Of a DNA stretch of 64,000 nt, positions 47,736 to 58,219 are shown piece by piece. A model generated the notes under the pieces. That model saw nothing but the letters and a program-made list of their open reading frames with translations, searched no databases and was not told the DNA's origin. The translations under genes were made by a program, and so were the position numbers. The stretch is from Dendrosporobacter quercicolus (GTDB lineage Bacteria; Bacillota; Negativicutes; DSM-1736; Dendrosporobacteraceae). How positions within the stretch are numbered: position 1 is the stretch's first letter; each line of letters starts with the position of its first letter. The DNA is taken from the NCBI RefSeq assembly GCF_900104455.1, contig NZ_FNHB01000001.1, positions 1,257,793-1,321,792 on the forward strand, given 5' to 3'.

Positions 47736-48749
47736 CTATTTCCAACTGGCATACACGCTGGCAATCACCTGTTCAATAGGAGCTTTTTTAATTTCGACAT
47801 CACAAACCCCATCAAATTCAGATAGGAGCCGCATAAGAGTTTTAATCGGAGTTTGGGCAAGGTCAAGCTCAAACTCATGAACACCATTTTCCGATGACAA
47901 TAGCGTCGCATTTTGAAGCTCCGGCCTAAATCCGTTTTCCGTAGTCACAACAACGCGAGTCAGATTTCCGGTGATTTTTCTTAATCCGTCAAAGTCGCCA
48001 TCATAGGCGATCTTGCCATCCGAAATCATTAGAATACGTTGCGCCATTTCCTCAAGGTCATCCATATCATGGCTTGTAACGATGATGGTAACGCCATCCT
48101 CACGATTCAGCTTTTTGAGGAAGTCAATCATCTGGCGTTTTGCGACAACGTCAAGTCCAAGTGTTGGCTCATCAAGCAAGATGATTTCAGGTGAATGCAA
48201 CAGCATCATAGCCAGATCGGCCCGCATGCGTTGTCCGAGACTGAGCTCTCTCGCAAATGTTCTGAGCAGCCCGCCGATATCCAGAAGCTCCGTCACCATG
48301 TCAAGATTTTTACGGTACAGCGGCTCTGGAATGTTCCAGACCACCTTTTTCCACTCAAAACTTTGGATTACCGGGTGGTCCCACCAAAGTTCGGTGCGAT
48401 TGCCAAACAACACGCCCAGCTTTGCCATCAACTCCCTGCGCTGTTTTTGGGGAGACATCGACAGCACAGAGATTTCGCCGGAAGTGGGCAGCAACATACC
48501 TGACAATAGTTTCATGGTCGTGCTTTTTCCCGCGCCATTCGGCCCGGCATAAGCGACAAATTCTCCTTTCCGAATACCAAATGATACATCTGAAAGTGCC
48601 GCTATCACTTTCTTTTCGGGCTTTATCAGGTTTCTCAAAATACCTTTACCCGAATTGTCTCTTTGCCATTGTGTAAAGTGTTTTGTTACATTGCATAAGC
48701 TAACGGCGGAAGCCGTAGGGAACGTATCGGTTAGAGCCTTTTCTGACAT
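47736..48749 (-). CDS. ABC transporter ATP-binding protein
   Basis: Walker A GPNGAGKST, signature LSLGQRMR, Walker B ILLDEPT; 337 aa. Confidence 0.85.
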   Translation of the reverse strand: MSEKALTDTFPTASAVSLCNVTKHFTQWQRDNSGKGILRNLIKPEKKVIAALSDVSFGIRKGEFVAYAGPNGAGKSTTMKLLSGMLLPTSGEISVLSMSPQKQRRELMAKLGVLFGNRTELWWDHPVIQSFEWKKVVWNIPEPLYRKNLDMVTELLDIGGLLRTFARELSLGQRMRADLAMMLLHSPEIILLDEPTLGLDVVAKRQMIDFLKKLNREDGVTIIVTSHDMDDLEEMAQRILMISDGKIAYDGDFDGLRKITGNLTRVVVTTENGFRPELQNATLLSSENGVHEFELDLAQTPIKTLMRLLSEFDGVCDVEIKKAPIEQVIASVYASWK

Positions 48750-49548
48750 AGTAGCTCAGTCCTCTCTTGAAAATACAACTTGCAATAAGCGACAGAATGA
48801 CCGCATACAGCAGGGGATAGTAGGCGCCGAGCCCCAGCGGGGGCCTGCCTAAGAGGCATAACGACGGGAACCATGCCATCAATCCTTCGGGGAGAATCGT
48901 TACTAGTGAAATTTGAACCAACGGCGGCATCCCAGACAACGGGAACGTGCTCATGAACCAGGTTCCCTCTATCGCCGTATAGGAGATTTCTTCAGCGGCT
49001 GCGGGCGCATAGAACGCCATGCTTGATACGAGGTAGGCCCGCGCCACAATAACTACCATTGTAATAAGCAGATATGCGGCCAGAGACAATATCCAGCCAA
49101 CTGAAACCAGCAATTCCAATCTGCTGATCGCGATCATCATCAAAATCACGCCAACAACAAAATTGCTGCCGCCTGTAAATGGCATAAAGCCGCATGTCGC
49201 CAATTGTACTTTTATCGGCAAGGGTTGGGTAAACAGGTGTTCAAGCTGTCCTCTCCCGATAATCCTTGAGATATGGATGTTGTTCCCCGAGCCGAACATC
49301 ATGAAGAGGCCGGTTGTCAACGTGGAATAAGCCATCATAAACAACACTTCATCGGCGCTCATACCGCCGATGCCGCCAAACCGTACTGAGATTAGAAATA
49401 CGCCGGACACGATAGAGAGGTTGGAAATAATATCTGCGCTAATGATGGCCAAGGCATATTTGCTGTCGCGCAGAAGCCACGCTAAATCCATTTTGGCCGA
49501 TATGCCAAGCAATTTGATAAGGCGTGCAACCGTAATTTTATCCGCCAT
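48700..49548 (-). CDS. ABC-2 family permease
   Basis: 6 TM hydrophobic profile; coupled to the ATPase. Confidence 0.6.
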   Translation of the reverse strand: MADKITVARLIKLLGISAKMDLAWLLRDSKYALAIISADIISNLSIVSGVFLISVRFGGIGGMSADEVLFMMAYSTLTTGLFMMFGSGNNIHISRIIGRGQLEHLFTQPLPIKVQLATCGFMPFTGGSNFVVGVILMMIAISRLELLVSVGWILSLAAYLLITMVVIVARAYLVSSMAFYAPAAAEEISYTAIEGTWFMSTFPLSGMPPLVQISLVTILPEGLMAWFPSLCLLGRPPLGLGAYYPLLYAVILSLIASCIFKRGLSYYVRKGSNRYVPYGFRR

Positions 49549-50389
49549 AACTCACCATTTCTTCCTGAGATTTTCGAAACGTAACTAGTGCCAGCGGCCA
49601 AAGAATGAAATTCCAGATAATCTGTAAGGCAATCGTTTCACCGGCATGAGCCGCCCCTACAAATATTGATAGCGGTGCCCCGCCGAGTGATGCAAAAGGT
49701 TGATATTTCATAGCATCTGCAAGTCCAAATGGCAATAGGCTAATCGGAATAACTGTTCCTGAAAAAATTGAAATAATTGCCATGCGTATTCGATAAATCA
49801 GCCAGTTCATATTTCTCAGCTTAATAGACAGACAAGCAAATAAAAAATCTACGGCAAAGCCAAGAGAAATACAAAGCAAAAGGCTCAATAGAAAATACGG
49901 CGAAGCAGATATTAGATTGACATCTAACAGCGGTGATAGAATAACCATCGGCAGAGAAAACAACAGCAGCATCGGCAGCCAGCCTCCTGCCGTCAAAGCT
50001 ATAAGCTGGCCGAGCACCGGGAGAGGTCTGCCGTAGAGTTTCAGCAATACTCCTTCGGAAAGCCATCCGGACGCAGGCGTTTTAACAACCAGCATATCTG
50101 CCAGAAGAGCGCTGACAACGGTATAGGTGAGCATTTGCTCAAGGGTCATATCAACTTTTGCACCTGATGACATGACCACCTTCCATAAATAGACCAGAGG
50201 AATGAGTGTGCATATCTTGATGATGATGTCCGGCAGCAGATAAATAATGCCGCCGTTTGTCTTTTCAAGCGCAGATAACTGCGCGGTTTTCCAATATTTC
50301 GTCATATAGGGTTGCTCCTTGCGAGTAGTTTGGGACGCAAAAATGCCCGGGTATCCGTCGGAATACCCGGGCAACTCAAACAGCAACAA
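49538..50389 (-). CDS. ABC-2 family permease (second membrane subunit)
   Basis: Hydrophobic 283 aa; overlaps the next gene. Confidence 0.6.
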   Translation of the reverse strand: MLLFELPGYSDGYPGIFASQTTRKEQPYMTKYWKTAQLSALEKTNGGIIYLLPDIIIKICTLIPLVYLWKVVMSSGAKVDMTLEQMLTYTVVSALLADMLVVKTPASGWLSEGVLLKLYGRPLPVLGQLIALTAGGWLPMLLLFSLPMVILSPLLDVNLISASPYFLLSLLLCISLGFAVDFLFACLSIKLRNMNWLIYRIRMAIISIFSGTVIPISLLPFGLADAMKYQPFASLGGAPLSIFVGAAHAGETIALQIIWNFILWPLALVTFRKSQEEMVSYGG

Positions 50390-50776
50390 ACCTGACTAAT
50401 CAGGCAAGACTATATGAGGCAAGAGGTATTCAACACGGCCAAAATGGGCGCAATTATTCCGTGAAAGTCCAAAACCGGCGCAAATTACCGGCAAAAGGGC
50501 GCACTTCACCCATAACGCCGCATTTTTGAATGCGAAGCCTTTGATCCATTCACAATTAGCGTACACGTTCCCTAGGCTTGCAAATAACGTAATATTCATA
50601 CCTCTCACCACCTTTCATCAACGATTAAAATTATTTTACCATGAACGATAATAAAAGTCAATTAATTCCAGTTTTCGTTCATAAACTCACTGTTGTAGTG
50701 TAGTTCCGAAGTCACAGTCCCATAGTCCGGACTACAGGATTGTCCAATTCTGCAAAATTAGTTTCGGCGTTTTTTG

Positions 50777-50964
50777 CTAAGTGACTAGTTCATAAAAGAT
50801 TTGCAGGCTTGGATGCTGTTCGCTGTTTTCAATGGGCGTAATATATCGAGGGGCAATGTGCATTTGATCTGCTAACTGATTCCTTGATATTCCCTTGGCT
50901 TTTCTTGCTGCTTTTATGTCTTGTCTAAAGCTTTAAAAGCAAATTTGTCGATTTTACGTTTCAT
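50777..50964 (-). pseudogene. XRE-family HTH regulator remnant (frameshifted/stop-interrupted)
   Basis: Minus strand: MKRKIDKFAFKALDKT-stop; then in +1 frame ...KAARKAKGISRNQLADQMHIAPRYITPIENSEQHPSLQIFYELVT. Confidence 0.35.
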
Positions 50965-51277
50965 CGTTATTTTACCCAATTACATTTTACAGTTCACCTA
51001 TGTGTTAGATATGATTATACACATCATCTAATTAATGATAATACATCATATCCATGATGTCTGCATATTGATATTGTTCGGCTGTCCGTATATAATTCAT
51101 GGTGATATCGCTTGCAAACGAAAGGACGGTCAAGTTATGGAATATATTTCTGCTCCTGAAACCGCGAAAAAGTTGGGGATTTTTTTAATTCCTACAAAAT
51201 CGTAGGATGAGTGTTATATAATAGTAGGATTATCATGATAATCTTTCAATAGCAAGAAAGAAAGTGGTGAATAATCT

Positions 51278-51973
51278 ATGAATTTACTGGAAGTAAAATC
51301 AATTTCTAAGACCTATGGTAGTGGTGAAGCTGCTGTACATGCATTAAAGGATATCAGCTTTTCTATTTCGCAAGGTGAATTTGTCGCAATTGTCGGAGAA
51401 TCCGGCTCCGGCAAGAGTACACTTTTGAATATGATAGGTGCGCTTGATACACCAACCTCTGGCAAGATATTTATTGACAGAAAAGATATTTTTTCCATGA
51501 AAGATAGTAGTTTGACGATCTTTCGACGCAGAAATATTGGATTTATTTTCCAGAGTTTTAATCTCATTCCAGAATTGAGTGTTGAACAAAATATCATATT
51601 TCCTGTACTGCTTGATTATCAAAAGCCAGATAAAAAGTATCTTGAGGAACTTCTTATGGTGCTCAATTTGAAAGGACGTCGCCATCATTTACCTAGTCAA
51701 TTATCAGGTGGTCAGCAACAGCGTGTAGCAATCGGACGTGCGCTAATTACAAGACCGTCACTTATTCTGGCTGATGAACCAACGGGGAATCTGGATACGC
51801 AAAATAGCAGTGACGTAATTACTTTGCTAAAAGAAGCGGCAAAAAAATATCAGCAGACCATTGTGATGATTACCCATAGCCGAAGTATCGCACAGACCGC
51901 AGATCGGATATTGCAAGTGTCCGATGGCGTACTGACCGATTTAGGGGGAATCACAAATGAAAAGCTATCTTAG
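51278..51973 (+). CDS. ABC transporter ATP-binding protein (MacB/BceA/FtsE type)
   Basis: [42 protein letters not shown]. Confidence 0.9.
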   Translation: MNLLEVKSISKTYGSGEAAVHALKDISFSISQGEFVAIVGESGSGKSTLLNMIGALDTPTSGKIFIDRKDIFSMKDSSLTIFRRRNIGFIFQSFNLIPELSVEQNIIFPVLLDYQKPDKKYLEELLMVLNLKGRRHHLPSQLSGGQQQRVAIGRALITRPSLILADEPTGNLDTQNSSDVITLLKEAAKKYQQTIVMITHSRSIAQTADRILQVSDGVLTDLGGITNEKLS

Positions 51974-53768
51974 CTTAATTCCGATTTCTGCAAAAGTACA
52001 CAGAAGACAGAATCGTATGACGCTTCTTTGTATTATATTTGCCGTATTTTTGGTAACTGCTGTTTTCAGTATGGCAGAAATGGGCGTTAGGATGGAGACC
52101 ACAAGATTGTTGGACAAGCATGGCAGTTTGACGCTTCAAGAAATGAGTAGCAATGCAACAGTACAGACATTTTATTCTATTGCAGCGGTGTTATTTTTGC
52201 TGATTCTGATTGCAGGAGTGCTAATGATTTCAAGCAGCATAAACAGCAATGTCGCCCAAAGGACAAAATTTTTCGGAATGATGCGCTGTATTGGAATGAG
52301 TAGACAGCAAATTGTCCGTTTTGTAAGACTGGAAGCTCTTAACTGGTGCAAAACTGCGATTCCGATAGGTGTGATACTTGGAATTGTTATTACATGGGGA
52401 ATATGCGCTGCGTTGCGTTTTTTCGTCGGTGGAGAGTTTTCTGATATACCTCTTTTTCAAATTAGCACAATCGGTATTCTTAGCGGCATTATTATGGGTG
52501 TTGTTACCGTTCTCATTGCTGCCAGTTCTCCAGCAAAACGTGCTGCTAAGGTATCGCCCATCACCGCAGTATCGGGTAATTCAGAAGACACAAATAATAT
52601 TCAACATGCAGCGCACAGCCGTTTTTTTAAAATTGAAACGGCTCTTGGTATTCATCATGCACTATCAATAAAGAAAAACTTGATGCTTATGACTAGCTCA
52701 TTTGCACTTAGTATCATTCTTTTTTTGAGTTTTTCCGTTTTCATAGAGTTTATAGGCTACCTTATGCCTCAGTCGTCAAATACTTCTGATATAAACATTT
52801 CAAGTAATGACGGTTCAAATTCGATAGACAGTCAGTTGCTTGATGTGATTAGTGGAATGCAAGGGGTAGAGCGTGTTTTTGGTCGTAGGAGCAAATTTGA
52901 TATTCCGGCAGAATTAAATAAAGGTAATCTTCTGTCGAGTACGATTGATATTATTTCCTATGATGAATTTGATTTAAATTCTCTTATTAAAGATAAGCAA
53001 CTTAGAAAAGGCAGTGATATTTCGGAAGTTTACGGGGACAGCAATTACGTTCTTACAACTTGGGACAAAGATAGTCCTTTAAAGATAGGCGATAAAATAA
53101 GGATTGGCAATGAGGAACTTGAGATTGCAGGTATGCTGAAAAATGATCCTTTCAGTAGCGATGGTAGCACAAATGGTAAAATAACGATTATTACTTCTGG
53201 TGAAACTTTTGCCCGTCTAACTGGTCTAACTGATTATTCTCTTATTATGGTACAGACAACGAGAGATGCAACAGACGAGGACGTGGCAGCAATCCGCAAG
53301 GTAGTTAGTGAAGAATATGCGTTTAGTGATCGGCGTGACCAGCGTACTACCAGCACATATATCGCATTTTTGTTCTTCGTATATGGATTTTTAGCAATTA
53401 TTACATTGGTTACTGTGCTCAATATTGTGAACAGTCTTTCGATGAGTGTGTCCTCAAGAATAAAACAGTATGGAGTAATGCGTGCAGTCGGCATGGACGA
53501 ACACCAGCTAACAAAAATGATTGCTGCTGAAGCATTTACCTACGCCTTATCCGGGTGTATAGTCGGCTGTGTAGTGGGTTTGTCCCTTAGCAAGTTGCTA
53601 TATGACAATCTTATTACCGCTCACTTCAACTATGCCGTTTGGGATATTCCGGTTATTCCAATAATGATAATAATTCTGTTCGTTTTCGTTGCTGCTAGCG
53701 CTGCGATCTATATTCCATCAAAGCGAATTCGGAATATATCGGTATCCGAAACGATAAATCAATTGTAA
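51957..53768 (+). CDS. FtsX-family ABC permease (BceB/MacB-like, 603 aa, about 10 TM)
   Basis: Two FtsX-type 4-TM modules separated by a large extracytoplasmic loop; overlaps the ATPase gene. Confidence 0.8.
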   Translation: MKSYLSLIPISAKVHRRQNRMTLLCIIFAVFLVTAVFSMAEMGVRMETTRLLDKHGSLTLQEMSSNATVQTFYSIAAVLFLLILIAGVLMISSSINSNVAQRTKFFGMMRCIGMSRQQIVRFVRLEALNWCKTAIPIGVILGIVITWGICAALRFFVGGEFSDIPLFQISTIGILSGIIMGVVTVLIAASSPAKRAAKVSPITAVSGNSEDTNNIQHAAHSRFFKIETALGIHHALSIKKNLMLMTSSFALSIILFLSFSVFIEFIGYLMPQSSNTSDINISSNDGSNSIDSQLLDVISGMQGVERVFGRRSKFDIPAELNKGNLLSSTIDIISYDEFDLNSLIKDKQLRKGSDISEVYGDSNYVLTTWDKDSPLKIGDKIRIGNEELEIAGMLKNDPFSSDGSTNGKITIITSGETFARLTGLTDYSLIMVQTTRDATDEDVAAIRKVVSEEYAFSDRRDQRTTSTYIAFLFFVYGFLAIITLVTVLNIVNSLSMSVSSRIKQYGVMRAVGMDEHQLTKMIAAEAFTYALSGCIVGCVVGLSLSKLLYDNLITAHFNYAVWDIPVIPIMIIILFVFVAASAAIYIPSKRIRNISVSETINQL

Positions 53769-53904
53769 TGTGCTTATTAAAAGGCGCTAAAGAAAAATTA
53801 AATACTCTGTATTCTGGCGGACGACGGCAAAAAGAAAAAAGCCGTCGTGAAAATGAAAAAGAGCCGAAAACCCAGTAAACACTGGACTTTCAGCTCTCCT
53901 GCAA

Positions 53905-55446
53905 CTATTCCCACTCAATTGTGGACGGCGGTTTGGAGGTTACGTCATAAACCACCCGGTTGACATCCTTTACCTCATTGACAATCCGGCGCGAAATGGC
54001 GTCAATGACTTCATAGGGCAGTCTCACCCAGTCGGCGGTCATGCCGTCTTCGCTGGATACTACCCGTAAGCCGACGGTATAAGCATAGGTACGCTCATCA
54101 CCCATCACTCCGACGCTTTTCATGGCCGGCAGAATGGCGAAAGACTGCCATACCTTGCGGTACAGGTCGGCATTCTTGATTTCCTGATGCACAATAGCAT
54201 CCGCATCACGCAATATCTCCAGCCGTTCGGCAGTCACCTCGCCGATGATGCGAATAGCCAGTCCCGGTCCGGGAAAAGGCTGACGCCAGACAATATCTTC
54301 AGGCATATTGAGTTCACGGGCCAGCGCTCTTACTTCATCCTTAAATAAATCCCGCAGCGGCTCAACCAGCTTAAACTTCATATCCTCCGGCAGCCCGCCG
54401 ACATTATGATGGCTTTTGATTACGGCTGCGGTCGCAGTGCCGCTTTCAACCACATCCGGATACAGTGTGCCCTGAACCAAAAAGTCAATCTCGCCAAGCT
54501 TTGAGGCCTCGGCCTCAAATACCCGGATAAATTCATTGCCAATGATTTTGCGCTTTTCCTCCGGATCGGTTACTCCGGCCATTCGGTCCATAAAGCGGTC
54601 AACCACATCGGCATAAACCAGATTCATTTTAAACCCGTCCCGGAAAGTTCTCACCACTTGTTCAGGCTCGCCTTTGCGCAAAAAGCCATGGTTTACAAAA
54701 ACACAGGTCAGTTGATCGCCAATTGCCCGGTGAACCAAAACAGCGGCAACCGAGGAGTCAATGCCGCCGCTTAAAGCGCACAACACCCGCTTATCGCCCA
54801 CCTGCTCGCGGATGGCCTGAACCGCCTGATCGACAAACGATCCCATGTTCCAGTCACCGCTGCAGCCGCAGACATTAAACAGGAAATTGCGCAGCATCTT
54901 CATGCCTTCCGTTGTATGTACAACCTCCGGATGGAATTGCACGCCATAAATCCGGCGCTGTTCGTTAGCCATGGCAGCCACCGGCGCACCGGCGGTATGG
55001 GCGGTAACGGCAAAGCCGGCCGGAGGCGTATGGATATGATCGCCATGACTCATCAGAACCTGAGTTTCCCGGCCGATCTCGGCGAAAATCCCCTCATTGC
55101 GGTCTACAAACAATTTGGTGTTTCCATATTCGCGTGACTTGGCATGCGCAACCTCTCCCCCCAGCGCCAGCGCAGTCAGTTGCATGCCGTAACAGATTCC
55201 CAGCACTGGAATGCCAAGCTCAAATATCCTGACATCACATTTTGGCGCATTTTCACTGTGCACGCTGGAAGGCCCGCCCGAAAATACAATTCCCTTGGGC
55301 CCAAGAGCCTTAATTTGATCAACCGGCTTATTATACGGCACAATTTCGCAAAAAACGCCGCATTCACGGATTCTTCTGGCAATCAGCTGACTGTATTGCC
55401 CGCCAAAATCCATAATTAAAATAGTCTCATTTTGCTTGGTTTCCAT
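53905..55446 (-). CDS. guaA: GMP synthase (glutamine-hydrolysing)
   Basis: Class-I GATase domain (GICYGMQL catalytic Cys), PP-loop SGGIDSSV, conserved C-terminal dimerisation domain ending ...STIEWE. Confidence 0.95.
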   Translation of the reverse strand: METKQNETILIMDFGGQYSQLIARRIRECGVFCEIVPYNKPVDQIKALGPKGIVFSGGPSSVHSENAPKCDVRIFELGIPVLGICYGMQLTALALGGEVAHAKSREYGNTKLFVDRNEGIFAEIGRETQVLMSHGDHIHTPPAGFAVTAHTAGAPVAAMANEQRRIYGVQFHPEVVHTTEGMKMLRNFLFNVCGCSGDWNMGSFVDQAVQAIREQVGDKRVLCALSGGIDSSVAAVLVHRAIGDQLTCVFVNHGFLRKGEPEQVVRTFRDGFKMNLVYADVVDRFMDRMAGVTDPEEKRKIIGNEFIRVFEAEASKLGEIDFLVQGTLYPDVVESGTATAAVIKSHHNVGGLPEDMKFKLVEPLRDLFKDEVRALARELNMPEDIVWRQPFPGPGLAIRIIGEVTAERLEILRDADAIVHQEIKNADLYRKVWQSFAILPAMKSVGVMGDERTYAYTVGLRVVSSEDGMTADWVRLPYEVIDAISRRIVNEVKDVNRVVYDVTSKPPSTIEWE

Positions 55447-55497
55447 GCAGAGATATCCCCCTTGGTAAAACTAATGTCGACACTATACCACATAATT

Positions 55498-56340
55498 CTA
55501 CTTATTGTAAATAGTTTTGAGCAGAGTTTCTTTGCGTAACTGGCGGCAGCTGCATTCGCCTGTGGCTGACAGCGACCTGATGGTATCCAAAATAATTCTG
55601 CTGATCATTGGCGCATCATCATAAAAAATATCCTTGAGCTCCTGATGAGACCATTCCTTAACAACGCCTTCGCCATAATTCACCACATAATACAATCCGG
55701 CAAAACAAGCGCCGATTTCCCGGGCTAAATAAACCTCAGGACAAATACTCTGCCCCACAATATCGGCATGGCCCTTCATCATGCTGATCTCCGCCGGACT
55801 CTCAAAATGGCGGCCCTCGGTAACTGCATAAATGCCGCGGCTAAAAATACGTCCCTGATAGTGCCTGCGCGTTGTTTCGATAAGTCCGTCCCGAACCTCG
55901 GGACACAGTGCGTCCCTCATCACCAACAGATATTTTCCTTCCAGCCCCACATCCTTACGCAGAGAAAAATCCAAATAGTCATTTGGTATAACAAAATCAC
56001 GCGTATCCAGTAGATGGTTAACCGTGCCTACACCGCCTTCGGCAATAATGCGCTTAACGCCGGCTTCCCGCAATGCCCAGAAAACCTGCCGCGAAGCATC
56101 GGCCCGGCTGACATCGCTGCGCCAGCCGTGCATCTTGCAGGTCAGCACCTGCCGGTCATCCACCGTAAACAGACGAAACGCCGGGCTGAGCCCATAGGGA
56201 GTTTCAAATTCCAGGTCATCATAGAGAATTTTAACCCCCGGATCATCAGCCCCCAGCGGAAAATCACTGGATAAGGTTCCCGAGCCGCCAATGACGGCAA
56301 ATTCTGTTTTCAGTAAATTCATTTTATCCGCCTCACTCAT
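55498..56340 (-). CDS. PNP/MTAP-family nucleoside phosphorylase (possibly the futalosine-pathway nucleosidase step)
   Basis: AVIGGSG phosphate-binding start and overall PNP_UDP_1 pattern; in an operon with the mqn genes. Confidence 0.55.
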   Translation of the reverse strand: MSEADKMNLLKTEFAVIGGSGTLSSDFPLGADDPGVKILYDDLEFETPYGLSPAFRLFTVDDRQVLTCKMHGWRSDVSRADASRQVFWALREAGVKRIIAEGGVGTVNHLLDTRDFVIPNDYLDFSLRKDVGLEGKYLLVMRDALCPEVRDGLIETTRRHYQGRIFSRGIYAVTEGRHFESPAEISMMKGHADIVGQSICPEVYLAREIGACFAGLYYVVNYGEGVVKEWSHQELKDIFYDDAPMISRIILDTIRSLSATGECSCRQLRKETLLKTIYNK

Positions 56341-57382
56341 TTTGGTTCAATCCTGCAAATCTTTTGATAATCCTGTACCGTGAATCCCGCTGCGCCGGAA
56401 TTTTGCCGGCCGCCGCTATCATTCCGGTCATTTTATCAATCGACATCCGGTAAGCTGTACCGGCTGCCCGGACAACGTTCTCCTCCAGCATAATGCTGCC
56501 CAGATCGTTGGCGCCAAAGGCCAGGGTCAGCTGCCCGACCGTTTGGCCCTGGGTTACCCAAGAGCCTTGAATGTGCCGGATGTTATCCAGATATAACCGG
56601 GTCATGGCCAAAGTTCGGAGATAATCCCAGGAAGACGTTTTCTCACCGCCCAGCTCGGTATTGCCAGGCTGAAAAGTCCAGGTGATAAAAGCCCGGAAGC
56701 CGCCGGTTTTCTCCTGCAGGTTCCGTATCTTCTCCAGATGCTCCAGCCGGTGGGCCAGCGTTTCACCCATACCGATCACCATTGTCGCTGTGCTTTCCAG
56801 TCCGACGGCATGGGCAGCTTCCATTACCGCCAGCCAGTCGCCGGCGCTGATCTTTTTCGGGCTTACCCTCTGCCGGACTTCGTCCACCAGTATTTCCGCC
56901 CCGCCGCCCGGCAGGGAATCCAGCCCGGCTGCTTTCAGCCTGATCAGGGTTTCCCGGACGGTCAGCCCGGCCTGCCGGGCCATATGCAGGACTTCCGCCG
57001 GCGAGAAAGAATGGATGGTGATCGAATAGTTCGCTTTAATTAAACGTAATAAATCCAGATAATAGTCCAGACCAAGCCCAGGGTGCAGACCGCCCTGCAG
57101 CATGACCTGCGTGCCCCCGGCGGCAATTGTTTCCTGCAGTTTGTCCAGGATAACGGCATTCGCCAAAACATAGGCCTCCCGGTCATCTTTCCGGCGAAAG
57201 AAAGCGCAAAACCGGCACTCGCTCGAGCAAATATTGGTATAGTTGATATTGCGGTCAATAACAAACGTAACCAGCCCGCCGGGATGTATTCTGGTTCGAA
57301 CCGCATCGGCCTTCCGGCCAAGTTCCAGGATATCGGCCTGTTCCAGCATGGTTAAGGCCTGCGGCGTTGACAAACGGTTCAT
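56333..57382 (-). CDS. radical SAM enzyme of the MqnC/MqnE family (futalosine pathway)
   Basis: CSSECRFCAF (CxxxCxxC); family-typical length 349 aa; adjacent mqnA. Confidence 0.7.
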   Translation of the reverse strand: MNRLSTPQALTMLEQADILELGRKADAVRTRIHPGGLVTFVIDRNINYTNICSSECRFCAFFRRKDDREAYVLANAVILDKLQETIAAGGTQVMLQGGLHPGLGLDYYLDLLRLIKANYSITIHSFSPAEVLHMARQAGLTVRETLIRLKAAGLDSLPGGGAEILVDEVRQRVSPKKISAGDWLAVMEAAHAVGLESTATMVIGMGETLAHRLEHLEKIRNLQEKTGGFRAFITWTFQPGNTELGGEKTSSWDYLRTLAMTRLYLDNIRHIQGSWVTQGQTVGQLTLAFGANDLGSIMLEENVVRAAGTAYRMSIDKMTGMIAAAGKIPAQRDSRYRIIKRFAGLNQNE

Positions 57383-58218
57383 CGTAAGACCTCCGCGAAG
57401 GCAATTTCCGGCGCCTGCTCAAGCAAGCCAATATGATAAGCCCGCTGATAGAAACTGAGCAGCGCCTGTTGATGGGCGGGGGTTAACGACCAGTTTAAGA
57501 GTTTTAAATAGGTGCTGATCTGGTCGCAGCTAAAAGGCAGCTTGTCCGCAAAAGCGGCAACGGCCTGATCGATATTCGCCAAACCATGCCGGAAACCGCC
57601 GGTCACCCGTTCATAAACAGTCTGCAAAAGCTCCGGCTGCGTCCGGGCGAAACGCCGCCTCACCACCCAAACCGCATAAACCATTGGCAAACCAGTCAGC
57701 TGCTTCCATTCAGCCCCGATATCGTAATAAAATAAACCCTGCTGCCGGTTATGGTAGTTAAACAGCGCATCGTCACCGATAAATAAAACGGCATCGGCGT
57801 CAGCCAGCGCCTCTTCAGCAGTGGAGGCTTCGGTAATATAACAGCCGGGAACAGCCTGATAAGCATCATGCAATACAATTTTAAGCAGGCAATGAGAAGT
57901 TTCCGATTTTGCCGTTAAAGCCACACTGGCCTGATTCAACTCGGCAATCGGCTTTTTTGAGACCAGCAGTATGCTCCGCAAGGCCCCCTCAGCGCTAATG
58001 GATACATCAGGCATAATCAGAAATTTCTCGCTGTGCTGGGCATACACGATGGATGACACCGGGCTGACGTCAAGCTGCCCCTGAACAATAAGCCTGTTTA
58101 ATTTTGCCGGAACATCCGCATAGATATCCAGCCCCTCGTCATATCCCCCGTAGAGCAAACTATAGGATAATGGCAAACAGTTGATGAATTTAATATGTCC
58201 TAACCGCGACTTTTCCAT
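57379..58218 (-). CDS. mqnA: chorismate dehydratase MqnA
   Basis: N-terminal RLGHIKFINCLPL motif characteristic of MqnA; 279 aa. Confidence 0.7.
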   Translation of the reverse strand: MEKSRLGHIKFINCLPLSYSLLYGGYDEGLDIYADVPAKLNRLIVQGQLDVSPVSSIVYAQHSEKFLIMPDVSISAEGALRSILLVSKKPIAELNQASVALTAKSETSHCLLKIVLHDAYQAVPGCYITEASTAEEALADADAVLFIGDDALFNYHNRQQGLFYYDIGAEWKQLTGLPMVYAVWVVRRRFARTQPELLQTVYERVTGGFRHGLANIDQAVAAFADKLPFSCDQISTYLKLLNWSLTPAHQQALLSFYQRAYHIGLLEQAPEIAFAEVLR

Positions 58219-58219
58219 G

